DNA of 64,000 nucleotides from an uncultured Bacilli bacterium (GTDB lineage: Bacteria; Bacillota_I; Bacilli_A; RF39; UBA660), in assembly GCA_934098665.1 (NCBI GenBank), contig CAKOOO010000001.1:30823-94822 (forward strand), read 5' to 3'. Below are positions 55,346 through 64,000 of this stretch, in pieces. Positions within the stretch are counted from its first letter, which is position 1. The number at the start of each line of letters is the position of its first letter. The notes under the pieces were generated by a model. That model was not told the DNA's origin. It was given only the letters and a program-made list of their open reading frames with translations, and searched no databases. Position numbers and translations under genes: made by a program.

Positions 55346-56482
55346 TTAATCCCCCTTAACTAAACTATTTAGTGCTTCATAATTTTTATCAAATATACAT
55401 AAAAATTTATCTATTTCTTCGGTAGTTGTTAAACTTGAAAGGCTTATTCTAATCGTATGAGATGCCCTATCTTTATCATGATAAAGAGCATAAACTGACT
55501 TTGATAAAAGCCCAGATGCACAAGCCGTATTTGTAGAAACATAAACTTCATCATTATCAAGTGCATGAATAAATGTTTCTGGTTTAATATTCATAAGCGA
55601 AATATTAAGTATATGTGGAATTGAATATTTTGTTTTATTAATTAACACACCATCATACTTTTTTAAATGAAGACAAATTCTTTCATTTAATAAATTAATA
55701 TATTTTTCTTTTTTCTCAATTCCTGTTAAAGCAAGTCTTAATGCTTTAGAAAAGCCCACAATTAAAGGAAGTGCTGGCGTGCCAGGTTTTAAATCATTAC
55801 TTTTTCCACTTCCAAATATTAAAGGTTTAATTTTAACCATACTATTTTTATAAAGCATAGCAATTCCTTTTGGACCATATATTTTATGGGAGGAAATTGT
55901 TGCTAAATCAGTATCTAAAAGTGATACCGAAATTTTACCTACTGCTTGGGTCATATCACTATGTAATATTACTTTAGGATTTTCTTTTTTTATTATCTGT
56001 CTTATAAGTTTAAGAGGTTGCCTAATACCAAGTTCACTATTAACACAAGCAATACTTACTAAAATAGTGTCTGGTCTGATTAACCTTTTTAATTCATCAA
56101 AATCGACAAGACCATCATTATTTACATTTACATAACTTATTTCAAATCCTATTGATGATAAATAATCACATATATCATAAACATCAGGATGTTCAAGTGT
56201 TGAAACAATAATATGTTTACCAGTTTTAAAATAAGCAAGTGCCACTCCAATTATAGCAAGATTATTACTTTCTGTTGAAGATGATGTATAAGTTATTTCA
56301 CTTTCTAATATATTAAGTTCATTTGCAATTTGTTTTGTTGCACTATTTAAAAGATTTCTAGATTTTATTCCAAGTCCATTTAACGAATTTGCATTGCCAA
56401 TAAACTCTCTAGTAACTTTATTTATAGTATCTTGAACCTCTAAAGATACTGGTGTTGTTGCACTATAATCTAAATAAATCAT
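55346..56482 (-). CDS. class V aminotransferase-fold cysteine desulfurase (NifZ/IscS-like)
   Basis: 378 aa with the PLP-lysine motif SSHKIYGPKG and the active-site loop ...STNTACASG. Adjacent to thiI. Confidence 0.88.
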   Translation of the reverse strand: MIYLDYSATTPVSLEVQDTINKVTREFIGNANSLNGLGIKSRNLLNSATKQIANELNILESEITYTSSSTESNNLAIIGVALAYFKTGKHIIVSTLEHPDVYDICDYLSSIGFEISYVNVNNDGLVDFDELKRLIRPDTILVSIACVNSELGIRQPLKLIRQIIKKENPKVILHSDMTQAVGKISVSLLDTDLATISSHKIYGPKGIAMLYKNSMVKIKPLIFGSGKSNDLKPGTPALPLIVGFSKALRLALTGIEKKEKYINLLNERICLHLKKYDGVLINKTKYSIPHILNISLMNIKPETFIHALDNDEVYVSTNTACASGLLSKSVYALYHDKDRASHTIRISLSSLTTTEEIDKFLCIFDKNYEALNSLVKGD

Positions 56483-56491
56483 ATATCCCCC

Positions 56492-58243
56492 TTAATCTTT
56501 AAAATTTTCTAGTAATTTTTTATGAATACCTGGTTCAACTATATTTATTGCACTTATAGCTTGCTCAAGACATAATTTATAATTACCTTTATAAAATGAA
56601 TTTTCAGCTTTTGTTAAACCAAAATCAACATCTTTATTTACTACTCTATATCTATTACCATACACAATTGCCATTTCAGCCATTTTAGCGGTCTTTGTTG
56701 TTTCATTTATTGTATTATATACTTTTAAAACTAAATCTCTTGCAGTATCAACACGCATATTTAATATTTTAATGGATATAGGTCTTTTTTCAAGTTCTGA
56801 AACCATTTCTTTTATAGCAAGTGTAGCCTCAGCAAATTCAACATAATAATTTTTAGGTATAACGGGTAAATTATACTCTTTTGTTTTACTTTTACTTTTT
56901 TTCAAAATATCTTCGATTTCTATAAGTTGATCTCTTGCACGTAGCTCATCATCTTTTAAACTACTTAACGTTTCAAGAGTATGATTTAACCTTTCTTCAT
57001 TTTTTAAAAGTTTACTATTAATGTTTTCCATTTCACTTGCAAGACGCGAATATGAAAGTGTTTTATTTCTAAATAGTTCAATAACATGATCATAACTATT
57101 ATGATTATCCACCAAATTATCTTTTATTTCTGTAATTACGGCAACTTCATCATCTGTTAAGTCATAACTATATTTTAGTTCACCAATTTTTTTATATAGT
57201 TCACTAGAAATTTTTTCAAGTTTAGAAAGTTTAATTCCAATAGAACGCATATAATCATCAAAAAGATTTTTAGAAAGTTTTTCTTTATCAAAATCAGCAT
57301 ATAATGAATCAAAATAATCATGCATTGTTTTAAGTTCAAAAATAGAGTCCTCTACATCAAGTACATTTAATCTTTGAAATATATCCACGATTTTCTTTTG
57401 TGCTTCTTCAATATTATACTCAATATTTAAATAGTCTAAATTATAACCACTTTGAAGCATTTTTTTATAAATAAGTTTAATATCTTCGATTTTTTTAGGA
57501 ATTAAATTTTCACCATATAAAACAATGGTTTTAGTATCATTAATAATCTCTTTTAAATTAGACACAATATCATCAATTGCTTTAACAATTTTTGGTGCTT
57601 CAGTATAAGCATTTTTATCCATCGCTTCTTCGAAACTTGCAAATAATTTATCAACATTTTCAAACTGAAGTTCAATAGGAACTTTTATTTTACTATATCC
57701 TTCCATATCTTCTTTATAAGTATTAATAACTTCACGATATTCTGCTTTAAGTTTAGTAATTTTTTCACGATTTCTTTCTTCACTTAATGTTATCTCTTTT
57801 ATTTCATCAAGTAAAAAATTTGACTTTGTTTGTAAATAATTTAAATCCATTTCTGTTTTAATAATCGAAGATTTTAAATTTTGATAATCTTTTGTTTCAA
57901 AATATCCTTGAACATCAGTTATTAAATCAGTTATTTTAGGAATGTCTTCATTTTTTATTTCATTAAATCTTTTTTGCCAATTGTTATATTTTTTTCTTAA
58001 ATCATCATTATTTATAAGTGATTCTACTTTATTAAGTTCAGAAAGTATCCCTGCTGATATAATTAAATTTTTTTGACGTTCTAATTCATTAATTTGTGAT
58101 TGATATTTCTTTTTTGTTTTATTTGATATCACAAGCAAAACAATAACAATGATAATCATTGCTAGAAAATAATAACCAATAGCAAATAACATAAACATCT
58201 CTCTAGTCATCCATTTTCTTCCTTTGTATTTTAATTTTACCAT
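56492..58243 (-). CDS. ezrA: septation ring formation regulator EzrA
   Basis: 583 aa. One N-terminal TM helix followed by a long coiled-coil. ezrA/cysteine desulfurase/thiI synteny as in Bacillus. Confidence 0.85.
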   Translation of the reverse strand: MVKLKYKGRKWMTREMFMLFAIGYYFLAMIIIVIVLLVISNKTKKKYQSQINELERQKNLIISAGILSELNKVESLINNDDLRKKYNNWQKRFNEIKNEDIPKITDLITDVQGYFETKDYQNLKSSIIKTEMDLNYLQTKSNFLLDEIKEITLSEERNREKITKLKAEYREVINTYKEDMEGYSKIKVPIELQFENVDKLFASFEEAMDKNAYTEAPKIVKAIDDIVSNLKEIINDTKTIVLYGENLIPKKIEDIKLIYKKMLQSGYNLDYLNIEYNIEEAQKKIVDIFQRLNVLDVEDSIFELKTMHDYFDSLYADFDKEKLSKNLFDDYMRSIGIKLSKLEKISSELYKKIGELKYSYDLTDDEVAVITEIKDNLVDNHNSYDHVIELFRNKTLSYSRLASEMENINSKLLKNEERLNHTLETLSSLKDDELRARDQLIEIEDILKKSKSKTKEYNLPVIPKNYYVEFAEATLAIKEMVSELEKRPISIKILNMRVDTARDLVLKVYNTINETTKTAKMAEMAIVYGNRYRVVNKDVDFGLTKAENSFYKGNYKLCLEQAISAINIVEPGIHKKLLENFKD

Positions 58244-58272
58244 AAAACGAAAAAAAAAAGAATATGATTTTA

Positions 58273-58301
58273 TTGATTTTTTTTATATTTTATATTATAA
58301 T
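58273..58301 (+). promoter_or_regulatory. candidate promoter of tRNA-Arg
   Basis: TTGATT, 17 nt, then TATAAT. Lies 19 nt upstream of the tRNA 5' end. Confidence 0.4.
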
Positions 58302-58320
58302 TAATTTGCTTTTGAGAAAT

Positions 58321-58397
58321 GCGCCCATAGCTCAACTGGATAGAGCGTTTGACTACGGATCAAAAGGTTGGGGGTTCGAATCCCTTTGGGCGTACCA
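58321..58397 (+). tRNA. trnR: tRNA-Arg (anticodon ACG)
   Basis: Folded by hand: acceptor GCGCCCA/TGGGCGT, D-arm GCTC/GAGC, anticodon stem TTTGA/TCAAA with loop CTACGGA, T-loop TTCGAAT, encoded CCA. Confidence 0.9.
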
Positions 58398-58425
58398 ATT
58401 TTATAATGTACACGCAAAAATTTAT

Positions 58426-58453
58426 TTGCAAAATGGAAATTATATGATATAAT
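58426..58453 (+). promoter_or_regulatory. candidate promoter of tRNA-Pro
   Basis: TTGCAA, 16 nt, then TATAAT. Lies 11 nt upstream of the tRNA 5' end. Confidence 0.4.
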
Positions 58454-58464
58454 AAGTTTGTTTT

Positions 58465-58541
58465 CGAGAAGTAGCACAGTTTGGTAGTGCACTACGCTTG
58501 GGACGTAGGGGTCGCAGGTTCAAATCCTGTCTTCTCGACCA
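58465..58541 (+). tRNA. trnP: tRNA-Pro (anticodon UGG)
   Basis: Folded by hand: acceptor CGAGAAG/CTTCTCG, D-arm GCAC/GTGC, anticodon stem CTACG/CGTAG with loop CTTGGGA (G37), T-loop TTCAAAT, encoded CCA. Confidence 0.9.
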
Positions 58542-58550
58542 TTTAATAAT

Positions 58551-58576
58551 AACTAGGAATTTCCTAGTTTTTTTTA
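58551..58576 (+). terminator. rho-independent terminator after the tRNA pair
   Basis: AACTAGGAA-T-TTCCTAGTT followed by T7. Confidence 0.7.
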
Positions 58577-59077
58577 TTTTTCTTTTTGAACCATTTTTAC
58601 ATCACTAATATATACATATGAATTTTTATCAATATCATAAACTATTTTATATAGATTTTTTAAATTTTTTTTATTTGTATTAATTATTAACAATTGTCTT
58701 TCTATTTTGTCATAATTATTATTTAAATCTAAAATAGAAAATTTATAATTATTTTCATATAAAGTATTAAATAAAATACTATTATTTTTTTCTGTAATTA
58801 CGTTGATATTAACTGATGTTTTTATAAAATTATTTGATATATATGAACCAATTAAATTTCCAGTGGAATATCCAAGTGCATAACTTATTGGTATCCATAT
58901 AGAATTTAAATTTACATTTAAAGCTTGCCTTGCCACCATAAACCAAATTAAAACTTCAAAAAAAGAAATTACAGTTGAAAATATAGTTTTTCCCTTTAAT
59001 GTATAAAAAGTTCTAATAGTATTTAATGAAACATCAAGTATTCTTGCAAAATATATTTGTATGCATAAACTAATCAT
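58574..59077 (-). CDS. UPF0316 (YebE-like) membrane protein
   Basis: 167 aa. ...[20 protein letters not shown]...[10 protein letters not shown]... matches the UPF0316/DUF2179 family pattern as I recall it. Confidence 0.65.
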   Translation of the reverse strand: MISLCIQIYFARILDVSLNTIRTFYTLKGKTIFSTVISFFEVLIWFMVARQALNVNLNSIWIPISYALGYSTGNLIGSYISNNFIKTSVNINVITEKNNSILFNTLYENNYKFSILDLNNNYDKIERQLLIINTNKKNLKNLYKIVYDIDKNSYVYISDVKMVQKEK

Positions 59078-59850
59078 TTAATAAGCCTTCTTACTTTAGC
59101 AAGAGCACATTTTTCAATTCTTGATACTTGAGCTTGAGAAATATTTAAAGTATCCGCTATTTCGGTTTGTGTTTTACCAATTACATAACGCTCTAATAAA
59201 ACGTTTTTTTCTCTTGTATTAATTTTTTTTAGTGCTTTATATAAAGATATCATTGTATCTTTATCTACATTACTTCCCCTTGTGTCCGCAAGTTGGTCCT
59301 CTAGATAGATAGTATTATCACCATCACTATAAATTGGTGCAAAAATGCTAACTGGATCTTTTAATGAATTCATCGCAAAACCAACGTCATATTCACTCAT
59401 ATTTAAAGATGATGCAATAACACATGTTGTAGGTTCTTTTCCATACTTATTAATATACTGTTCTTTAAATCTTAATATTTTATAAGCGTCATCTTTTATA
59501 CTTCTTGCAATACGCATTTGGGTATTATCTCTTAAATATTTTTTTATTTCGCCAATGATAAGCGGAACTGCATAAGTAGAAAGTTTTAAATTATATGATA
59601 AATCGAAATTATCTATTGCCTTGATTAAACCAATTACCCCTACTTGAAATAAATCATCTTGATTTATACCAGATTTATTAAAACCCTTAAGCACTGATAA
59701 AACTAATTTTAAATTTCCATTAACAAGATCCTCTTTTGCAAGTTTATCTCCATTATGATATAAATTAAATAACTTTATATTTTCTTCATGAGTTAAACAT
59801 TTAAGTTTACTTGTATTTATACCTGTAATATCTACTTTGTAATTACTCAT
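59074..59850 (-). CDS. sigG: sporulation sigma factor SigG
   Basis: 258 aa. Colinear with Bacillus SigG, including the diagnostic N-terminus (KVDITGINTSKLKCL vs KVEICGVDTSKLPVL), LVNGNLKLVLSV, DDLFQVGVIGL, STYAVPLIIGEIKKYLRDN and ISQAQVSRIEK. Confidence 0.85.
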   Translation of the reverse strand: MSNYKVDITGINTSKLKCLTHEENIKLFNLYHNGDKLAKEDLVNGNLKLVLSVLKGFNKSGINQDDLFQVGVIGLIKAIDNFDLSYNLKLSTYAVPLIIGEIKKYLRDNTQMRIARSIKDDAYKILRFKEQYINKYGKEPTTCVIASSLNMSEYDVGFAMNSLKDPVSIFAPIYSDGDNTIYLEDQLADTRGSNVDKDTMISLYKALKKINTREKNVLLERYVIGKTQTEIADTLNISQAQVSRIEKCALAKVRRLIK

Positions 59851-59869
59851 ATCTTTTTCCTTTCAAAGA

Positions 59870-59899
59870 TATTTTGGCAAAAAATAAAGATTTTTATTC
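59870..59899 (-). promoter_or_regulatory. candidate forespore (sigma-F/sigma-G type) promoter of sigG
   Basis: Minus strand reads GAATA (59899-59895), 18 nt, then CAAAATA (59876-59870). Compare the Bacillus sigma-G consensus GHATR-N18-CATxHTA (one mismatch). About 20 nt upstream of the RBS. Confidence 0.4.
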
Positions 59900-59953
59900 A
59901 AAATAAAAAGTGTGAAACTTTTTTATATGTTTTTCTTATTAAAAGTTTCACAC
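59900..59953 (-). terminator. terminator hairpin, copy A (after the fic-like gene)
   Basis: 13-bp stem GTGTGAAACTTTT/AAAAGTTTCACAC with an 18-nt loop, followed on the minus strand by TTTTTATTTT. Near-identical copy at 60920-60974. Confidence 0.6.
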
Positions 59954-59958
59954 AATAT

Positions 59959-60891
59959 TTAAATTTTACGATAGCATTTATTCATTAGAAAGTTCATAAT
60001 TTCATCATCAATGTCACTTTCATAATACTTTATAAGTAGATTTTTATATTCTGAAACTAAATTATCTGGTATAACTATTAAACCTTTTCCTTTGCTAATT
60101 AAATAATGATTAGCAAATATTACTGAAGTTCTTTTATTTCCATCAATAAACATTTGAGATTTAACTACATATAATAATAATTTAATACTTTTTTGAACAT
60201 CATCAATATCTAAACTAAGAATATTATTTAAATTATCTTTTATATCAGCCTCAATTGGAAGTTCAGGTGTCCAAGACGTACCACCAATTTTAACTGGAGT
60301 TGTTCTAAGACTTCCCGCTAAATAATAAAATCCTTCCTCAACAAATTTATTTATAGAACATAAAATATTATAATCAGTTTTACTTAAAATAACATTTTTA
60401 TTTAATATAAATTCCCAAGCGTGTTTTAAATTAACAACTTTTAATATATCATCAACAATCATATTATTTACTTTATTACCATTTATAATATTTTCTATTT
60501 CAGAAAGTGTTGTAGCAATTCCCTCAAGTATTGCTTGATTATAAATCGTATCTACTAAATGTTTTCTTGCAAAATCAATATTTTTAGCAACATCTAAAGG
60601 TAAATCTTCATCAAAATAATTTAGTTTATTTAATTCTTTTTCTATATTACGAATAGATTTTTTTAATGTTTTAGCTTTAATATTATTATTTAACACTAAA
60701 TTATATAATTCTTCTGTGTATTCACCCACATATTTTGTGGATTGTAAGCCATCCTCTTTTGTATGCAAATAGATATATTTTTTGCTATCTTTTTCTCTAA
60801 TTTCAATAGCTCCATATACAAGTTCATTAAGTAAAGTTACATATTGTCTTTTTTGATTCAATAAATTTAATATTTTTATTTGATTTTCCAT
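59959..60891 (-). CDS. Fic/Doc-family protein with a degenerate active-site motif
   Basis: Start taken at MENQIKIL (60891) after GGTGGTG. The C-terminal motif is QMFIDGNKRTSVIF; compare Doc HxFxDGNKRT, where His is replaced here by Gln. Confidence 0.6.
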   Translation of the reverse strand: MENQIKILNLLNQKRQYVTLLNELVYGAIEIREKDSKKYIYLHTKEDGLQSTKYVGEYTEELYNLVLNNNIKAKTLKKSIRNIEKELNKLNYFDEDLPLDVAKNIDFARKHLVDTIYNQAILEGIATTLSEIENIINGNKVNNMIVDDILKVVNLKHAWEFILNKNVILSKTDYNILCSINKFVEEGFYYLAGSLRTTPVKIGGTSWTPELPIEADIKDNLNNILSLDIDDVQKSIKLLLYVVKSQMFIDGNKRTSVIFANHYLISKGKGLIVIPDNLVSEYKNLLIKYYESDIDDEIMNFLMNKCYRKI

Positions 60892-60919
60892 ATCAACACC
60901 ACCGCTATCATTATACAAC

Positions 60920-60974
60920 AAAAAATAAAAAATGTGAAACTTTTTTAATATTTTTCTTATTAAAAGTTTCACAC
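60920..60974 (-). terminator. terminator hairpin, copy B (upstream of the fic-like gene)
   Basis: 12-bp stem TGTGAAACTTTT/AAAAGTTTCACA with the same loop as copy A, followed on the minus strand by a T-run. Confidence 0.55.
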
Positions 60975-60977
60975 TAA

Positions 60978-61178
60978 TTATCTTCGATATAAATTATATC
61001 TATATTCTCTTTCAGCCTCATGTTTTAAATAATTTGCATCTTTACAAATATCTTTCATAATTTTTTCTTTACTACAAATTCTATCTTCGCTTGCCTTAAA
61101 TTCTGCATAGATGTATATTCTTTTACAAGGAACCTCTAAACTATTTAAGGCCTCTTTTATAAAATTTAACATTACCAA
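60978..61178 (-). CDS. 66-aa hypothetical ORF (possibly a gene remnant)
   Basis: ORF with no convincing RBS. It is followed by terminator copy B, and the region upstream (61179-61551) is non-coding. Confidence 0.3.
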   Translation of the reverse strand: MVMLNFIKEALNSLEVPCKRIYIYAEFKASEDRICSKEKIMKDICKDANYLKHEAEREYRYNLYRR

Positions 61179-61551
61179 GTTTTAAAAGTAATACTATTAA
61201 ACTATTTAATATACTTTTTAAGAATATAAGGTTTACCAAATTTTCTTTTATTAAGAATCCTCTTTAATGTCCAATTCTTATTAAATGTTTAAAATCTAAT
61301 TTTAATACATTAAAAAACTTAGACATTTCTATCTAAGTTTAAAATTTTTTTTCGCTTTTAATTGCAGCTTGTACCACAGTTTAGTTCGGAATGCTTTGAT
61401 ATTTTTTTTCAACTAATTGACTTAACGTTTTTTCTTTTAAATTTTTTTATAAAAATAGGGCTCTATCCTAAAATAGACCCCTTACAAAAATGATTTAACA
61501 TTTTTTCCTTGCATAGATAATATATCATAAACATTTATCTATGTCAAACTA

Positions 61552-62541
61552 TTACTCCAAATTTTCTTTATAATTTTTCTCAATAATTTTATCAAAATAA
61601 TTATATATGGATTTCAATAGTCCATTATTATTATAGTATTTTCCATTCAAAATTATTCTTCCATAAAATAATTTTGTAATATCGTGTTTTACATTATTTT
61701 TTACGCCATCACTACTTACTATAATATTAAATATATATAAAGTATATGTAATTTGTCTTATTCTTGAATTAGAAAGTTTAGTATTTCTATTCTCTTTCCC
61801 AATATCACAATCCTTTAAATAATTAATAACTAACGTATCAGCTCTATGTGTATTGTCTTTTTTGTCTAGTTCACATAATACACAAGAATTATGAGCAACA
61901 GCATTTCTAAGTTTATTTACTTCTCTTAAAATAAATATATATTTATTATCGTCTAAAACATAATGTTTAGTAAAGAAATCAAAAAAATTAATCAATTCAC
62001 CAAATGTGATTATTTCAAGAAATTCCCAAATAGGTATATTTTCTATTTTAGTATCTTTATCTAAATCGTATTTAGAAAATATTTTTTGATAATACTCATT
62101 TGAAACTTTTTTTCTAATACTTTCATGCATTCTTTTAGGACGTTCCTTGTCATTAAAATCTTTTTTCAAATATAAATTAACAATTTTATAACCATCTTCT
62201 TCTGATATTTTCTCAATAGTATTTAGTATTCTTATTTTTAAATAATGTTCTATATCAATTATCATTTTAAATAATACTAATCTAGTTCTATAGTCTATAA
62301 TAGATAAATCTTTTAAATATGCAAAATCTAAATCTATATATTTTCCTTCAAGCTCACCACATTGATATTTAACAAAATTATTTTTATATGATGTTACATT
62401 ATAATAGTTATTATTCTCTTTTAAATATATTTCAGCATCTTGTTCTGAGTAACATTCAAATTTAATGTTTTTATTTTTCAAATAAGGAACCATATCAGAT
62501 ATTTTCATCATTGGTCTTAATATCAAAGTTTTATTATTCAT
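61552..62541 (-). CDS. Abi_2 (AbiD/AbiF-like) abortive-infection family protein
   Basis: Start taken at MNNKTLIL (62541) after AGGAGGG. Typical Abi_2 layout (...YLKENNNYYNVTSYKNNF..., IIDYRTRLVLFKMIIDIEHYLK, KLRNAVAHNS). Confidence 0.75.
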   Translation of the reverse strand: MNNKTLILRPMMKISDMVPYLKNKNIKFECYSEQDAEIYLKENNNYYNVTSYKNNFVKYQCGELEGKYIDLDFAYLKDLSIIDYRTRLVLFKMIIDIEHYLKIRILNTIEKISEEDGYKIVNLYLKKDFNDKERPKRMHESIRKKVSNEYYQKIFSKYDLDKDTKIENIPIWEFLEIITFGELINFFDFFTKHYVLDDNKYIFILREVNKLRNAVAHNSCVLCELDKKDNTHRADTLVINYLKDCDIGKENRNTKLSNSRIRQITYTLYIFNIIVSSDGVKNNVKHDITKLFYGRIILNGKYYNNNGLLKSIYNYFDKIIEKNYKENLE

Positions 62542-62652
62542 AATTACCCTCCTATTTGGATTTTTTAATAGATAATTATATTTTATCATAAATATTAATA
62601 TTTTTTTACTTTAGATACAAAAAAAACTGAGATTTTTTCCTACTACAATGGT

Positions 62653-63891
62653 TTATCTATGCATTCCATTATGTTCATTTGTTGGTAAAATCATATGATC
62701 AGAATACGTTCCATCATTTGATTGAAAATTATAATCTACTGGTTCTTTCATCATTTTTTCATACTCTTCTCGTAATGCTTGTAGTGAACCCTTTTCAGGT
62801 GAGTTTTGATTATTTATTTCTTTAGAATTACTATTTATTATTCCTTGTAATTCTTGCATGACATCTTTATTTAAACAAATATTATTTGGATCAATATTTA
62901 ATTGTAACAATTTACTTTTTAATTTTCCAACAATCGAATTAACAAATTCATAATCAACTCTTTGTATAGCTGATAATAAATAAGATACTCCTTGATAGTA
63001 TGAAACTTTATCTCGTTTGGCTTTATAGTAATCTTTACCACTATCATTCATCAAACTATCATCTACTAAATCTTTTGCAAAAACAGGGGTTATTCCATCA
63101 GATCTTACTGACATATTTGGGTGTGTATTAACCCAATCTCTTACAGACTCAACTAAAACTTGTGATACATTATCAGACATCAATCCTGTAAAACTTTCCT
63201 TGCCTTGTAGTTGTTTATTTTCTTGTGCATAGCCAATCCAATTATCAATATTATTTGTAAATTCGTGCGGTCTATTAATCTGACTAATTAATTTGGGATT
63301 ATTAATTGCAACTGCATTTAATACATCAATTGTATTTTTCAATTCATTTGAACTTGAATAAATAACAATAAAATCCTTTGGTCCTTGAATATGTGAGGTA
63401 TTAATTTTAAAATAAAAAGGTAATTTTCTATTTTCAAATTCTTTAATAAGTTTTTCACTAAATTGTGCTATCACTTTTGCATTTGCATTTATATAAAACC
63501 TATGACTAATCTCATTTTTCCCATATCCACCATTATTTGTTAATTGACTTGATTGAAAAGTATACCATCCTAACTGATTATTTGAAATTGGATTAGTATA
63601 TGTAGTATTTCCGTTTTCGTCTGTTTTTGTGATAGGTTTCATAGTATTAATTGCTTGAAAATGCTTTGAAGCACGATTAACAAATTCATTGATATAATCA
63701 AAATCTTGACTAGAACTTGCACTTTCTTTTGATGAATTTAAATATTGCTTAAATATGTTTTTTAAATGCTCAACATCACTATTTTGGTGTAATTGTGAAG
63801 TCATGTTTTGAAATTCTAAAATCATTTTTTTAACAAAATCTTCATTTACTGATTTGTTATTACTATTAATTAATTTATCTATTGTTATCAT
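62653..63891 (-). CDS. hypothetical protein, possibly HopA1-like effector-family fold
   Basis: Start taken at MITIDKL (63891) after GAGGTG. HRFYINANAKVIAQFSEKLIKEFENRKLPFYFKIN...DFIVIYSS resembles the HopA1-family core pattern. Weak call from memory. Confidence 0.35.
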   Translation of the reverse strand: MITIDKLINSNNKSVNEDFVKKMILEFQNMTSQLHQNSDVEHLKNIFKQYLNSSKESASSSQDFDYINEFVNRASKHFQAINTMKPITKTDENGNTTYTNPISNNQLGWYTFQSSQLTNNGGYGKNEISHRFYINANAKVIAQFSEKLIKEFENRKLPFYFKINTSHIQGPKDFIVIYSSSNELKNTIDVLNAVAINNPKLISQINRPHEFTNNIDNWIGYAQENKQLQGKESFTGLMSDNVSQVLVESVRDWVNTHPNMSVRSDGITPVFAKDLVDDSLMNDSGKDYYKAKRDKVSYYQGVSYLLSAIQRVDYEFVNSIVGKLKSKLLQLNIDPNNICLNKDVMQELQGIINSNSKEINNQNSPEKGSLQALREEYEKMMKEPVDYNFQSNDGTYSDHMILPTNEHNGMHR

Positions 63892-63899
63892 CTTACACC

Positions 63900-64000
63900 T
63901 CACATCTTATCAATATTTTCTAAAAAAGTATTTAATGATTTATACCACTCAAACATACCAAGTTTTCTATTTTGATATCTAATTAGTTCTTCTTCATTAT
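63900..64000 (-). CDS. hypothetical protein (C-terminal 33 codons; 5' end beyond window edge)
   Basis: Open minus-strand frame ...NEEELIRYQNRKLGMFEWYKSLNTFLENIDKM* runs in from the window edge. Its stop overlaps the next gene's RBS region. Confidence 0.35.
   Translation of the reverse strand, partial: NEEELIRYQNRKLGMFEWYKSLNTFLENIDKM

Noticed and set aside
58264-58492. Track ORFs 58264-58452 (+) and 58301-58492 (-).
   Set aside because: Both overlap the tRNA-Arg and tRNA-Pro genes and their promoters, so they are spurious.
1-64000. Search of all ORF translations for a recombinase/invertase, transposase, integrase, reverse transcriptase or Avd-like protein, and of the DNA for CRISPR arrays and rRNA.
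   Set aside because: I recognised none by eye. The enzymes needed for the proposed inversion and DGR-type diversification must lie outside this window, if they exist. This is a limitation of the findings, not evidence against them.

Overview
Very AT-rich chromosomal segment, roughly a quarter G+C by eye, from an endospore-forming Firmicute (sigG and a CotY/CotZ-like coat protein are present). I did not identify the species. Almost everything is on the minus strand. The housekeeping backbone is rbfA-infB-(dCMP deaminase)-ylxR-nusA-rimP, topA, an LtaS-like gene, rnhB, rbgA, glmS with its ribozyme, recD2, an mtaB-like gene, uvrC, recX, nrnA, ackA, thiI, a cysteine desulfurase, ezrA, tRNA-Arg(ACG), tRNA-Pro(UGG) and sigG. 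Four paralogous membrane-anchored surface-protein genes are interspersed (6975-9128, 24032-25621, 30206-32689, 42194-43642). They carry the most interesting signals. (1) Each gene is preceded by the same ~120-bp cassette: perfect 18-20 bp inverted repeats around an ~88-bp core with a conserved TTTAAA-N17-TATAAT/TATTAT promoter. Relative to conserved flanks, the core faces the gene at two loci and is reverse-complemented at the other two. This is direct evidence for an invertible-promoter (phase-variation) family; no recombinase gene is in the window. (2) The C-terminal lectin-like part of two paralogues, and more weakly a third, holds a ~100-nt patch of about 60% G+C built mostly from NNC codons. 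It looks like a diversity-generating-retroelement (DGR) variable region, but no template repeat or reverse transcriptase is in the window. (3) Two of the genes are followed by a convergent small transcript. It has its own promoter, a Lys-rich hydrophobic mini-ORF (49 aa, and 19 aa in the second copy) and a covarying helix between its 5' and 3' ends, which resembles a type I toxin. Other notes: two surface proteins with NPNT(L/V)D + TM + basic-tail sorting-signal-like C-termini, decayed rhuM fragments around a KilA-N gene, a 0.9-kb gene-decay region, and a small accessory islet next to sigG (Fic/Doc-like gene bracketed by duplicated terminators, Abi_2, HopA1-like). No CRISPR array, transposase, integrase, reverse transcriptase or rRNA was recognised.
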